This document shows, in pieces, positions 25,561 to 40,227 of a stretch of 64,000 nucleotides of DNA. Position 1 is the first letter of the stretch, and every line of letters begins with the position of its first letter. The notes beneath the pieces are model-generated. The model saw nothing but the letters and a program-made list of their open reading frames with translations, was not told the origin of the DNA and ran no database searches. This DNA is from the human T2T-CHM13v2.0 reference genome, Homo sapiens. A program made the position numbers and the translations under genes. Location of the stretch: the NCBI RefSeq assembly GCF_009914755.1, contig NC_060948.1, one strand, 5' to 3'.

Positions 25561-25847
25561 AATCATCACGTTCTGACAGAATTTGTTAATCTAACCTCCC
25601 TCAACCCCACCCCAAAAAAAGTAGAAACTAAAAATAGAGGAATTTTAAGTTCCACATGATTTATGTATAAGCAAAAAATGGGACTACTGACTACAGATCA
25701 CGTTAGCTAATTGTACAGTTTTCTCTTCTGTGCTTTGTTGTAAATATGATTTTTATTTAAGAGGATATTATTAATTATCTATACAAGAATTGGCTATCTT
25801 CTCCAAACTTCTACTTCGGTTTCATGTTTTTAAAAGGGGTGAGGATA

Positions 25848-26145
25848 GGCTGAGCACAGTGACTCACACCTGTAATCTCAGCACTTCAGGAGGCCAAGGC
25901 AGGTGGATCACTTGAGGGAAAGAGTTTGAGTGGCCTCGCCAATGTAGCAAAGTCTGATCTCTGCTAAAAATACAAAAATTAGCCAGGAATTGTGGTGCAT
26001 GCCTGCAGTCCCAGCTACCTGCGAGGCTGACACAGGAGAATCACTTGAACCCACTAGGTGGAGGTTTTAGTGAGATGAGATCATCCCACTGCATTCCAGC
26101 CTGGGTCACAGAGCAAGATACTGTCTTTAAAAAAAAAAAAAAAAA
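25848..26145 (+). mobile_element. AluS/J, full length
   Basis: Dimeric Alu with A tail; TSD AAAAGGG(G)TGAGGAT. Confidence 0.9.
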
Positions 26146-29100
26146 GTGAAAAGGGTGAGGATTGTTATTTCTATGGGCAGGCCCACACAGCATTGGATTC
26201 CTCAGAAACTGCACAGTAAACGGGAGTCTCTTAGCACATCTGACAGAACTTCAAGGGGCTGACTGTTCATTATCCCACAGCCCACTCTGCTCTGTGTAAG
26301 TGGAGACTCCATGTCTTTGTTGTCTTGCAGTCCCTAGATGATAAGGGCACAGAGAAAAATCACAGAAATCAAACATGGTAGCACAGAAAAACACCCCAAA
26401 GTCAAGGATAAGATGAAAGTTGTGATCGTACACATCAAAGTCGGACTCTTATCTAGATGGGCACACCTAAGCCACAGGCTGACAGGCTGAGATTCTACAA
26501 AGGCTCTGGACCCCAGATAAGTTTAAGTGATTGCATCGTGATCTCTTCTTTTCATTGGTGGAGGCAGTGCTTTGAATGACTAAGCTGGATATCACTTTCC
26601 AGGGAATCCTTTTAGGGAATGTGACCATCCAGCTATCTCTGGATGTCTTTGGTGCCATAAATACTTTTCACTTGGTTGAGGATACTTTTAGTTTTATATT
26701 CATGCGTCAACTTGTACAGAAATGTGTGTTTTGGGCTTGTAAAAAAGTTTAATCATAAGACAAAGGGCTACAGGTTTCATGTTTATTCACAGTTTGATGA
26801 ACGGCACTTATGGACACATATGTGTATACGGTAAGTGCTCACTGAATTCCTCTTGAGTGATAAGCTAGGATACAAAATGTCAGAAGATAAAGAGTGAGGA
26901 TGGGCACTGGATCCAAATGTCAGTGAACTCTGAGGGTCTCTTGCTGGTTGAAACAACAGAGTACTTTTATTTTCATTCTAAACCCTCCATGACCCATGTC
27001 CTTATACCAATGAATCACCTCCTCAATAACCCCTCAAACATGGCATCTTTGAAGTAGAGCCTCATTGACAAGCACTAATTAAATGTCTGTCATGGATACT
27101 AAAATGTATATATGGCCTTTGTGCCTGGACAACAGTACATGTGTCAGCTGTTTCTTAAGCCTACATCCAACCATTAAGTAAAGCCCAGTGCGCTCTTAGT
27201 TCCTCAAATCTGTTCAAGTCTTGATGTTTGTTCAACATTTTGCCTGGCTCCAGTCATATGTCTCCAGCTATCTGTAATGGACTCAATATCCTGCTTATAA
27301 AATGCTTTAGTCATGTGGGTTCATTTTTGGTTTAGCTGTATAGGTCAGGAATAAGTTAGAAATAACCAAAATACTCCAAATCAAGTTCTAGCTGTTTTGA
27401 TACAAACATTTTCCATCAACCTTACTTCTCCCTAACTCATCTGTCTGTTTCTGTGCCCTTTCCCATGGGGTAAAACCTTTTATAGTATCCAGATGCCTTC
27501 TACACACAGAAGCAATTTTGTGCAAAAGGCTCCCCAGGGGAAGAAGAGGACAATGCCTTCATGGGAAGCTCCTTTCTGTTAAATCGGATTTGCATACCTA
27601 ACCAAAGCATTTGCTTCAGTTAACCAAGTGAGGGTGGAGAAAGTCTTGCAAAACTATAGCTACATTGAGAGGGATTATTAAAATTATTCAGTCATTCATT
27701 AGAGGAGCTTTGACAAAGATTGCAGAAACAGATATAAAACAGGAAATATTAACAAAAACATTCTCAAAAATATTTTATAATGTCCAGAACAACTGGCATG
27801 ACTAACATCAAAGAAGGGATATGTTTTGACATTGATTTACTAACCACTTATCATTGATACTAAATCCTCCTTTGAATACTTATTTACGATTAAGACAGTC
27901 AAGTTATATGAGTATGTTCAACCAACAAAGGTTGCAAAACATAGTGAATTTAATATTCCTCTGCCATATGGCCATCCTACACTTCTGCATCACAGTCATG
28001 GCTCTGCAAATAGATCAGACTTTTTGGCCAGTCCCTTGGGGGTCACTGCATTCTAAGGTGCTTGACCAGGAAGTAAGATGCTCTTCTCACTAAGTGATAT
28101 ACGTGTGGTCCTTGTGGATCTGCTAAGAATCTCAGAAAAGGAATAAAAGATACATGAAATTGTTTGCATGCTACTAGCTCTAGTGGGTAGATTGGTGGCA
28201 TATTTCTTCTTGGCAAAAGACAGAAAGTATCCAAAAGTTCACCATTTTTCTCCTGGTTGGGGAATGGTGTCTTTTAGACCATTTTGTTCAAAAGAAAGGT
28301 AAAAATAGCATGAAAAGAGAACCCCTAAATTGCCTTACTCAAGCCTTCTACTCTAAGTGACTTGTATAAAATGTCTTGTTCAGTAGTTACCCAACTCCAA
28401 TCTACCCCTAAGAGGTTCTAGTAAAGTACAGATTAGCTGGATTTAATAAAGCACAAATAGGTAGCAGATGCATTCTTACATCTCAATCTAATCGGTAACC
28501 TTCTTTATCCTCACCCATGGCTGACTACTATGCATAAAGAATAGGAATTCTGACCACTCAAGAATCTTAACCATACATTCAGTCTGTTGCAGTTTCTCCT
28601 CCATTACACATTTTTTTTTTTCGCTTTTCTATCCTTGGACAGCCACAGACAGGACAACTAGTCAATAAGAAATGAGTGTGAAGGTGACAACTTTCCTCAC
28701 TAAGAGGATAGGGGCCATGAGAGGAAAAGGGTACTTCTTGTGTGGCTGGTAATGGAGTTAAAATTTGATGCTACAGTCTTCTGGGAGCAGCAGCTGTATG
28801 TGCTTGAACTTTACTTTGGAGGCATCCTCTAATTCCAGGGGTTCTGTGGCCAGTACCATCCACTGCAGTTCACTTAACTTGGGCTGAGTCTGTTTCTTCC
28901 CTCCATCACTTCAGCTGGACCTATTCTTTGACCCTCACATGGTTTCCAGTGGTGAAACCAGGGAAGAGTCTCTTTGTAGAGGACCAAGGAGCACTTTTTT
29001 CTATGTAGTGCACATTTGGCTCCATCACCATCATAGCTAACATGTCCAACCCTCCAGCATCTTCAACCTTCGCCACTGTCTTTGCACTGCCCCATAAGGC

Positions 29101-29194
29101 CTGAATAAGGCTGATGGGTCATGTATGGCAGGGCCACCCCAACAGTCTAGTAATAGGTCTTGCATTGTTGGACACACTTCTTGATTTAGAACTA

Positions 29195-29675
29195 TGGCTT
29201 TCAGTCATGGTTAGGTGTGCCCCAGTTGGCAAGGTAAGGAGACATTTCCAGTTGTTACAGTGAGTTTGAAGGGTGTTAATGCATTTAGTTCATGGAGACC
29301 AGGGTTGCTGTTCAATATCCTACAATGCACAGGACACTTGCCCATAGCAATGATCTGATTCCAAATGTCAACGGTGCTGACATCAGTAAACCCTGCTCTA
29401 AGTCAATGCTTTTTTTGTATGCATATTTTAAAAGTCTCCTCCAGCTAAACCATTAGCTTTTAATGGGGTATACATTTTTCTTTCCAAGGGATGTTTGGTT
29501 ATGCCTGGAGACACTTTCAGTTTTTGCAGCCAGAGTTTGGTGATGTTTCTGGTATCTAATTGATACTAATCCTAGATGCTGCTCAACATACTACTATGCA
29601 GAGTATGGCTCACCAGAACAAAGAATTATCCCATTCATAATGCCTCTAGAATTAAGATTGAGAAACCTTGGTTTA
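29195..29675 (+). mobile_element. Two adjacent MER20 (hAT-Charlie) relics, about 29195-29400 and 29460-29675
   Basis: Both carry GGAGACA(T/C)TT..TGCTG..CAA(T/C)AT.CTAC.ATGCA..AAACC(C/T)TG. Confidence 0.65.
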
Positions 29676-29774
29676 GAATACAGGGAGAGCTAGTGGTATC
29701 CTCTAAGATGCTGTCTGGAAGCAGCTTTGAAGACAAGCAGAGACCAGAGACTTTGAAGCCATACTCACAGGGTT

Positions 29775-30520
29775 TGATATAGTTTGGATATTGGTCTTCT
29801 CCAAATCTTGTGTTGAAATTTGATCCCCACTCTTAGAGGTGGGACTTGGTGGGAGGCATTTCTGTCTTGGGCCAGATCTCTCTCATGAATGACTTGATGC
29901 AGTCCTCCAGATGATGCATGAGTTCTTGCTCTGTTATTTCCCGGGAGATCTGGTTGTTATAAATAACCTGGCACCTTCCTCTCCTCTCTCTCTTGTTTCC
30001 TCTCTCGCCATGTGATCTGTGCACACAGCAGCTCTCCTTCCCCTTCCACCATGAATGGAAGTTCCCTTAGTCCCTCATCAGAAGCAGATGCTAGTACCAT
30101 GCTTCTTGTACACCCTGCAGAACTGTGAGCCAAATAAACTTCTTTTCTTTTCTTTTTATTCTTCTAATTAGAGACAGGATCTTGCCTTGTTAGAAAGGAG
30201 TACAGTGGTGCAATCATTGCTCACTGGAGCATCAAACTCCTAGGCTCAAGCCATCCTCTGACTTCAACTTCCTGAGTAGCTAGAACTACATATGGCATGC
30301 CTCCATGTCCAGTTAATGTTTATTAAAAATAGTTGTAGGGACAGAGTCTTGCTGTGTTGCCTAAGTTGTTCTCAAACTCCTGACCTCAAAGGATCATCCT
30401 CCTTCATCCTACTAAAGTGCTAAGATTACAGATGTGAGCTGCCATGCCTCGACTGTCTTCTCTTTATAAATTACTCAGCCACAGGTATTCTTTTATAGCA
30501 ATGCAAATGGAGTAAGACAT
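29775..30520 (+). mobile_element. MST-type MaLR solo LTR interrupted by an AluJ (about 30143-30452, minus strand)
   Basis: TGATATAGTTTGGATAT..GAAGCAGATGCT..CAGAACTGTGAGCCAAATAAAC [Alu] TTTATAAATTACTCAGCC..TATAGCAATGCAAATGGA. Confidence 0.82.
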
Positions 30521-31254
30521 TGTACAAATCCCACATTAGGCACTTATAGATCTGTCTGTGATTCTGGACAAGTTATTTAACCACTCTTTGTGTCTAAACC
30601 TGTTGTTTGTTTCTTTCTTTATTCCTTATCAGGTCCAGCTCCAATGATGATAAAAATATAGATGTAAATGGAGCTAAGAGGGGTGCCTGACCAAGAGTAA
30701 ACAGTCCAGAAGTGTTATTCTGTCAATATGACTTGGATTTTTGCTTCGAAACTTCAGCTGAAACTGACATGACAGGAAAAGGCCCAAATTAGAATTCTTC
30801 TTATGCAAAATTCCTTCTGTGAGGAGGTAGCCCATCTGTTGTCAAATAATCCGAGTTGTAGAAATTTATTAAATTTCTCCTTTCTTGCCCCTTGCCTCCT
30901 TCATTAAATGAAATCAGATGGTGACAGTATAAGGAAGTTAAAGTGAAGGTAAAATAAAACAGACAGGAAGAAGTCTGTCTTCAGATTAGACATGCAATTA
31001 TTCCTGTCTTTGCTGCTGATTTCAATTATAACTCATTGGAATTATCAGTCCACAATAGATGTTCCCTGCCTATGTGGTGTTTTTAATTAAACGTTGACAT
31101 CATTCTCACATGTTCACTGTTATTAGCACTGATGGATGTAATCTTCATGTTTTCCTCTGAACACTGCATGCCAAGAAAGGGGCCCTCTATCCTCACGGAT
31201 TTTCTAGGCAAGAGAATATCAGGCCCTCATCTGTCATATTTCCATCTCATTCAG

Positions 31255-31365
31255 CACAAAACACCCTGGCTCATGGAAACTGCAAGCATCGTTGTCAGCT
31301 GCACCTGCAGGCACCACGGGATTGCAAGTCAGCATACCCTTTCAGAAATGAGGATGAAATTAGAG
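31255..31365 (+). CDS. NLGN4Y: Candidate in-frame 111-nt cassette exon, (A)QNTLAHGNCKHRCQLHLQAPRDCKSAYPFRNEDEIR
   Basis: TTTCCATCTCATTCAG acceptor (AG 31253-31254) and weak GAG|GTAGAG donor (GT 31366-31367). Phase 1-1, 37 codons, no stop. Confidence 0.5.
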
Positions 31366-31505
31366 GTAGAGAGAAAATTCTCCACTGTCCTCTCACTTGT
31401 CTCTGTTATGGTTTCTGCTATGTTTTCATTGATTATGCTATAGGGAGAAAGGAGGAAAAGAATCCCCTAAGAAGAACAGTGTCTCACTGGACATTGTTTC
31501 TTTGC

Positions 31506-31537
31506 AAAAAAAAAAAAAAAAAAAAAAAAGAAAAAAA

Positions 31538-31569
<32 letters not shown>

Positions 31570-31590
31570 AAAAAAGAAAAAGAAAAGAAA
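31506..31590. repeat. A24 followed by a (GAAA)n compound repeat
   Basis: Direct reading. Confidence 0.95.
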
Positions 31591-32778
31591 CATTTTTGGT
31601 ATTTTTCACTTTTTCCACCCTAGAATCTAGATACCACCTTTAAACAGATTTGAATCCCACAGGGAGAATGTGGTCATATATTTCACTACAAATGCTAGAC
31701 CATGTCTTCTGGCGTCAGAAATGCTGTATTGTGCATGTGTTCTTGCTGCAAGCCATCTTCAACTTGGTTTTTCAGGGATAGGCAAAACATTAGGCAATCT
31801 GAATAAAATTGCATTTCTTGCAACTGAAAATTTTTGCATGCACCCACATACGTGTATTGGTATTACTGTACAGCTTGCATGGTGCAAAGCTGAAGGCTAA
31901 GGGATTAAAGGAGGCTGAAATTTAGCCCTGGACACACTGTGCAGCCTGGGTACCTGTAGGGCTGCAATTCCTGGCTAGAGGTGTGTCTATTTCTCATGCA
32001 TCCAGTAGAAGGCACCCTTTTGAAGGTCTCTCAACCCTCTCCTCATTCCCCTCCACCTATCATATTTAGCATATTGTGTATTTGTCCTTAGTCTGTTTAA
32101 TCCAACTTGATCACTTTGTAGCCTTTCTTTATTCCCAGTGTGTAAATCAGTATTTTGAATGCATTGAGCTAAGTTTCAGACATATGCCTTTCCAAATAGA
32201 CTATCATGAAGGATGCTATTCTGGCGCAGCTATGCATTCTCTTCTGTGTAAGAATGCTCATTGTGTAGTCTCTCCTTTTAAAGTCTGTTTAGTGTAATGT
32301 TCGCTGACTTTTCCATGCACCTCTTATGTAATCTTTTGCCAGTTCTACCATTTCCAATAACCAATGAAGATACTTGCTTCATGTTAAATTCTAAGTAATC
32401 TACTTTCTATTGAACTAAATCATTTCTCCACAAAATGTCTTTGAATAATTAAAGATCTTATAATGTGGTTTCCATAGACTGAACTGAATATTTCATGTGG
32501 CTAGATAAGTAGGTAAAGTACAGTATAGTAGCAATTGGTGTACACACTTAGAATGTCCTAATAAATTATTGCAGATACTGATATGCAATGAGAAAGAATA
32601 ACTGTAGTGTTAAGCCCCAGATGGTATTATAGACCTGAGGGTGGGTGAAGATGGGCCTGGGATTAATGGATTGATAGCTCAGTTCATATTGGAGTTTCAT
32701 ATCTGAGATTCAGTGAATTCGAGGCTATTCTTCACCTGCTGCAATTCTAGGGAAGTGTGTCCATTGAGGAGTCGCTGA

Positions 32779-33106
<328 letters not shown>

Positions 33107-34295
33107 GCAATATCTTTTTAATTAGCGGGAAGTAGAAAACAGAAATTCTGCAGCATGTTTTTCTTGTTAACATGAATCAGTCTTGGGTGAAGTGTCCATA
33201 GTTTTTAATGATATTTTCAAAATGAACAATTTAGAGACAGGCATCAGAAACCACAAATAATAAGGCCATGTGAAGGAACACAATAGATGCATAAGGTTAA
33301 TTGGTCAGCATTTATGCTGCACTTAGTTTCCCGTTGATTTTTTTTTAATGAGTTTGAAGTATAACACACAGAAACCAAAGTTCTGTGTTTTGTATTATGT
33401 TATATTATCAATGTTCAGTGCAATTTGAAAGCCTAAAGCAAGTATTTCTGTAACAAACACACATTTCAAGAAATATAATGTTCCTATCTTCAAAGCAATT
33501 CATGCTCTTTCCCATTTTGTCTCCTTATCCTCCTCAGTGATAAGCATTTTTCTCTTATGCTTTTCTTTATATTTTCCATGCTTTTCTTTATATTTTCCCA
33601 AAAAGAAAGGCATCCCTGCATCGCATAAATTTTGCTTGTTTGGAGATACTAAATGAATGCAACTTCATATTACTTTCCGATGTGTTCTTTTCAGGCATAA
33701 TTCTGTTTTATAAAATTCTTACATGCTGCTATGTATACATTCATTCCACTACTTTTAATTGTTGTATAGTGTTCTAAAATCTGAATATATCACACTCCAT
33801 ATTTCCATTTTATTCCTAATTGATACAGATACTTTTTCCAGTTTGAGGTTATTATGGACTCGTGTTATGAACGTTGTTTTTCACGCATCCTCATTTCTCA
33901 CAAGCATTGATTTTCTGAGATATATACCACTATGTAATTGCTGGTTCAAATCTTCAACTATATACTCTTTTGCAGTACACAAATGCCTGTTTTCACCAGC
34001 AGTATGCATCGTTCAACATGTAGCAGTATAAGAATTCTGTTTTCTTCTTCTGATCTAATGGGTGTATGTGGAAACTCACTGTGTGTTTATTGTGTTTTCC
34101 CTGGGATTGAGATGTTTCCATGTATTTATTGGCCGTTTGTTTTTCCTGATTAGTGGAAGCATCTGTTTGTTTTTGATTAGTTTTTCTATTAGATTGTGTG
34201 TCTTCTTATTGTTTTATTTTGATTAGAGTACTTCATTGATTATGTATGTCACAAATTTCTTCTTATGTTTTTTGTTTTTAATTATTTCTTATCTA

Positions 34296-34579
34296 TTTTT
34301 TTTTTTTTTGAGATGGAGTGTTGCTCTGTCACCCAGGCTGAAGTGCAGTGGCATGATCTTGGCTCACTGCAACCTCTGCTTCCCAGGTTCAAGCAATTCT
34401 TCTGCCTCAGCATCCTGAGTAGCTGAAATTACAGGTTTGTGCCACCATGCCTGGCTAATTTTTGAATTTTTAGTAAAAACGGGGTTTCACCATTTTGGTC
34501 AGACTGGTCTTGAACTCCTGACCTTGTGATCCACCTGCCTCGGCCTCCCAAAGTGCTGGGATTACAGGTGTAAGCCACC
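34296..34579 (-). mobile_element. AluS
   Basis: Poly-T plus dimeric Alu text. Confidence 0.9.
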
Positions 34580-35689
34580 TAATGATTTCTTTAAAGTTCT
34601 TACTCTTAGTTTACACACTTTACCATAATTTTTTTCAGATTAGCACTTTGGGATTTTTGTTAATGGTATCTTTTCCTACTCCTAGATATGAAGATTTCCT
34701 TTTACTTTATCTGCAAAAAGGCTTATGATTTTATCTTTGATATTGAAAATACACATTGATTTATTTATTGCATTCTGTAAGAGGTGTAGTTTATTTTCCC
34801 TTAGAATGTCACAATACCATTTATTTTAAACAATTTAACCCATATCACTAAAGTTCAACTGGTCTCTGTCTACCACTGTGCCAGTAATCACATTTTTTAT
34901 CATCATGATTTTATAATAATACAAAATATCTAGTATAGCAAATATTCTTTCCTTGTTCTTTTGCAAGAGAGTCTTGGCTATCTTTGGTGTGTTGACTTTT
35001 GTATGAATTTTGGCATACCCACCTTGAAAAATAAATAAGCATCTGATTTTCAATTAATAATGAATTGAATTAATTAATTACTTAATCTCAAGGCTAGTTT
35101 GGGCTGATTGGACATCTTTAAACATTGAACAGACATATTCATGGAATTGTACATCCTTATACACATTTATGTATTTTAGATTTTTTTCTATTTCATATTC
35201 TGTACTATTTTGAATAGCAGTCTTTTATACATTTTGGTTAATTGATTTGTAAGAAAAGATGTTTTCAAAAGTATGGTAATGTTTGTTTTAAAATGTTCAT
35301 TCTCTGTTATTGCTAAAATGGAAAATGCCATTACTTACTTGTTGAACATTAATTTTGCAACTTGTGAAACTCTTGTATTCTTTGGGATTTCCTAGAACAC
35401 ACTCCTATCAACTGTGAGTAAAAACAATTTTGCTATTCCTTTTTAATTTTTAGATGTGTTTATTTTTCTCTCCTTAACAGCTCATTCGTGTAACCCTTCA
35501 AGTACAATGCCAAATAGAACAAAGACTTGAGCATCTCTTTATGACTTTTGACTTTAAAGACAAGGTTTCCAACACCCTAACCCATTAAAATGAGGTCTTC
35601 AATTCTACTGACTTTTAGTTGTGAATTTTTATTAGATTAGGAAAATTCCCTTTTATTTTTTGTTTGCTAAAATATTTTTGAAGCTGTGA

Positions 35690-36173
<484 letters not shown>

Positions 36174-36587
36174 TGACTTTATATAAGATATATAAAAGAT
36201 GATTTTATATATACATAAAAGATATGACTTTCTTTTATATGTGTTTATATATATACATAAAAGATATTTATAGATTTTAATATTAATTCCACTTTGTGTG
36301 TTGGGATGAACCTAATTTGAGAATTATATATTCATATGCTTTTCACGCATTGCCGAAAATAGTCCCTGGGTGATGTTGTTGGCAACTTTCTTAATCCTAT
36401 TCTTTGAATTTTGGATAGAAGTTACACTATCATACAATAAAATTGAAATATATGTCTTTTTTTTAATACTTGAAGAGATTAAGATTGGGGATATATCTTC
36501 ATTAATATGTTCCTGAACTAAGAAATACCACCGTCTCCGCATAGTTTTCCTTGTGGCTTGAGTTTTGGCAGCAAATTTGATGTCTTC

Positions 36588-36695
36588 CTTTCTTTTGTTT
36601 CTTTGTTTTGAGACAGGGTCTCATTCTGTCATCCACACTGGAGTGCAGTAGTACAATCATAGCTTACTGCAGCCTCAACTTCCTGGGCTCAAGCA
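36588..36695 (-). mobile_element. AluJ right-arm fragment
   Basis: GAGACAGGGTCTC..AATCATAGCTTACTGCAGCCTCAACTTCCTGGGCTCAAGC. Confidence 0.8.
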
Positions 36696-36722
36696 ACTAA
36701 TTTGGTATCATAAATGATGGGG

Positions 36723-37040
36723 GGACTGGGTGTGGTGTCTCACACCTGTAATCCTAGCACTTGGGAGGCTGAGACAGGTAGATCACCTGAGGTCGGGAGT
36801 TCAAGATCAGCCTAGCCAACATGGTGAAACTCCGTTTCTACTACAAATACAAAAATTAACCAGGCTCTGTGGTGTGTGCCTGTAATCAGCTCCTGAGTAG
36901 GAGGTTTAGGCAGGAGAATCACTTGAACTCAGGAGGCAGAGGTTGCTGTGAGCCAAGATCACGCTGCTGCACTCCAGCCTGGGTGACAGAGCAAGAATCC
37001 ATCTCAAATAAATAAATAAACAAACAAACAAACAAATAAA
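36723..37040 (+). mobile_element. AluSx-like with AAAT/AAAC tail
   Basis: GATCACCTGAGGTCGGGAGTTCAAGA..; ATAAATGAT on both sides. Confidence 0.9.
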
Positions 37041-38180
37041 TGATAGAAGGCTTATTCAGATGTGTACTTTTGAATCACTTTTGTTCTACTATACTTTTTC
37101 AAAGAAGTCTTTTTACTTCTTTTAAATTTTCAAATTTTTGAAAATGCCAAGGAACTAATTTTTGGTTTTCCTCTTCATTCTATTTTATGTTGTTTTTCCA
37201 TTAATCACTACTGCTATCTTAATTATTTACTTCTGATAAATCTTGCTGTTGTTTTACTGTCTTCTTGAAATGCTGATTTTATTAACTTTAAGATATGCTT
37301 CTTTTCTCATATGTTAATATATACCTGGAAATTTTGCTCAAGTACTGAATTAGCTACATTCCACAAATCAGATAAATGATACTTTTGCTTTTGTTCAGAT
37401 AAACTATTTTGTAATTTCTATTATTAATTTTTTAGTCATGAATTATTTCACAGATTATTCTTTAGTTTCCAAATAGACTTGTTTTTTTTCTGGTTGTTTA
37501 TATTTTTATACTTCATTTATTTCTCACCAGTGTGCTTTGCATACTTGAGAAAAGTATATATTTTGCAATGGTTGGTGCAATATGTTATATGTCTAATATC
37601 TCAGACTGTTGAAGTATGTTGCTCACATACTCTATGTAGTTTTATAGGTAGTTTACATGTTCTTTCAGTAACTAAAATAGGTATATGAAATTTCCCCTTG
37701 ATGTTTATGGATGTTTAAAACCTTTCCTATATTTTTTCAAACTTTAGTTTTTTGTGTTTGACGTGCTTATCAATTTTAGTGGATATGGTCTAGAATTGTT
37801 ATTGAATTGTGGCAAATTGAGGTTGTTCTCATTATAAAATGATCCTCTTTAAGTTTTGTGGTGCTTCATGCCTTAATGTCTGTTTAGTCTGACATTAACA
37901 TTACCTTATGTTTTAATGTTAATGTTATCTTATGTTTTGTTAATAATCGAATTGTGTATTGTTTCTATGTGTTTACTTCAGGCCTTTCTGCTGGCTCAGG
38001 CTTTGAGTGTTTTCTATGTAGCATCTATTTGGGTCTCATTATATTTGACTTTTAACTGCAGATTCACTGATATTTACTTTCATGTTTTATGTATTTGTGT
38101 TCAAGTCCTCTATCCTAAATTGTGCTTTTAATATCTCACTTCTATATCTTGCTTGAATTGCTTTTTAAAAAATCATTCCA

Positions 38181-38500
38181 GGCCAGGAACAGAGTCTCAC
38201 ACCTGTAATCCCAGCACTTTGGGAGGCCAAGACAGGAAAATCACTTGAGGATCCTCCAGGAGTTCAAGACCAGCCTGAGCAACATAGAAAGATCTCATCC
38301 CTTTGAAAAATAAAAATAAAAATTAGCCAGGTGTGGTGGTGTGCACTTGTAGTCCTAGGTACTCCAGAGGTTGAGTAAGCAGGAGAGTTTGAGCCCATGA
38401 GATTGAGGTTGTAGTGACCTGTGATGACACCACTGCACTGCAACCTGGGCAAGAGCCAAGCCTGGAACAAGATCCTGTCTCAAAAAATAAACAAATAAAT
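38181..38500 (+). mobile_element. AluJ
   Basis: Dimeric Alu; TSD AAAAT(C/T)ATTCCA. Confidence 0.88.
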
Positions 38501-39097
38501 AAAATTATTCCATTTTCTTTACTCCCACTTCTCCCACTACACTAGCTGTTAAAAGACTGTACTACTTTTAGTAAATAATCCTAGAAATTACAACATGGGT
38601 CCTTAACATAATCACTAAATTTAATTAATACATTTCCTCTTCTCTGAAAATAGTTAGTAATCAGTGTGTTTTAACTCCATGTTTATGACCTAACTTACTT
38701 GCTGTTAGTACCTTTCGATGTTTTGTGTTTTTTAGGAATCTTTTTCAGATATGATTGCTTATTTTGTTATTTCAATATTCATTTTGATTTTTTGACAATT
38801 ACACTCCTTCATTTGTGTTTCATTTCTCTTTGTACCTCCTACTTTATCTGTGATTATTCTCTTACAAAATCTATTGGTGATTTAAAATATATTTTCAGAG
38901 CTAGTGAGCTGTTGGAAGCTCTCAGTTTGCATGGCTAAGTATGTCTTTATCCACTTCTTGAACAATTTTCTCGTTGAATTTTAATTTTACTTCTTTCAGC
39001 TATTCAAGAAATCATTCTCCTATTCTCTGGATTCCACTGTTCCTATGGAGAATTTAGCTGTCAGTTTAAAAGTTACATACTTAAAAATAATATATTT

Positions 39098-39494
39098 GGG
39101 TGGCTACGGTGGCTCAAGCCTATAATCCCAGCACTTTGGGAGGCTGAGGCAGGTGGATAACCTGAGTTCAGGAGTTCGACACCAGCCTGGCCAACATGAT
39201 GAAACCCCATCTCTACTAAAAATACAAAAATTAGCCAGGTGTGATGGTGGGTGCCTGTAATCTCAGCTACTGGGGAGGCTGAGACAGAATTTCTGGAACC
39301 CGGGAAGTAGAGGTTTCAGTGAGCCGAGATCACACCATTGCACTCCATCCCAGGTGACAACAGCAAGACTCTGTCTCTCTCTGTATATATATATATTAAA
39401 TATATATTAAATTAATTAAATATTATATATTATACATTTAATATATATATACTATATACACATATACACACATATATGTGTGTATACATATTTT

Positions 39495-39534
<40 letters not shown>
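39098..39534 (+). mobile_element. AluSx-like (to about 39378) whose tail is an expanded TA-rich repeat (to about 39534)
   Basis: Alu text followed by (TA)n blocks; ATATATTTGG on both sides. Confidence 0.85.
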
Positions 39535-39537
<3 letters not shown>

Positions 39538-40227
39538 GTAAAGTTAGTTTGTATCCCCTTGATACCTTTAAGATAGTTTTGCTTTCAGTTTCTGCCATTT
39601 CAGTGTGATACTGTTTGGGGTTTATTAATCTGATTAGAATTCCTTGATCACCTTGAAATCTGCCATGGGCTTTTCTTCTGTTCTGAAAATAGTCACACCT
39701 CTTCAAATATTGCTACTGTTTCTTCTGTTTTCAGTGTGTTTGTACATAATTTAGATTTTCTCCCTCTGGCTCCTTTTTTAGTTTTTGTGTGTGTGTGTGT
39801 TTGCTTTTTTAAAAATCTTCATTTTCAAGCTTCATTCTGGATTAATTTTCCTATAACCTACTTCACTAATTCTCTCGTTTAATCTATCTAATCCATGGCT
39901 AAACCAATGTGTCCAATCCTTAAATTTGATATGTATTTTCATTACATTTCAAGGTTGAATTTTTGTTTCTTCTCAGTTTCCACATTTTTAAAGTTCTCAA
40001 TTTTGTATTTTCAGGAATGCTTTCTTCCTGGTTATTTTAAAGTCTGCATCTGTTTTTCTTCCTTTTTTACCCCCCTATCACTCTTATGTTTCTTCCTCTT
40101 TGTTTGTTTTTTGGTATCACTGACTAATATCTTCATGGACTAAGTATTAGAATTATGCATATATTCAGCATTCTCATTTTGTTTTTCTTATTTCTAGCTC
40201 TCTATTTTATATTCTTTGTATATTACA

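Noticed and set aside
31132-31443. 103-aa ORF overlapping the 111-nt exon candidate
   Set aside because: Different frame from the splice-compatible one and no recognisable homology.
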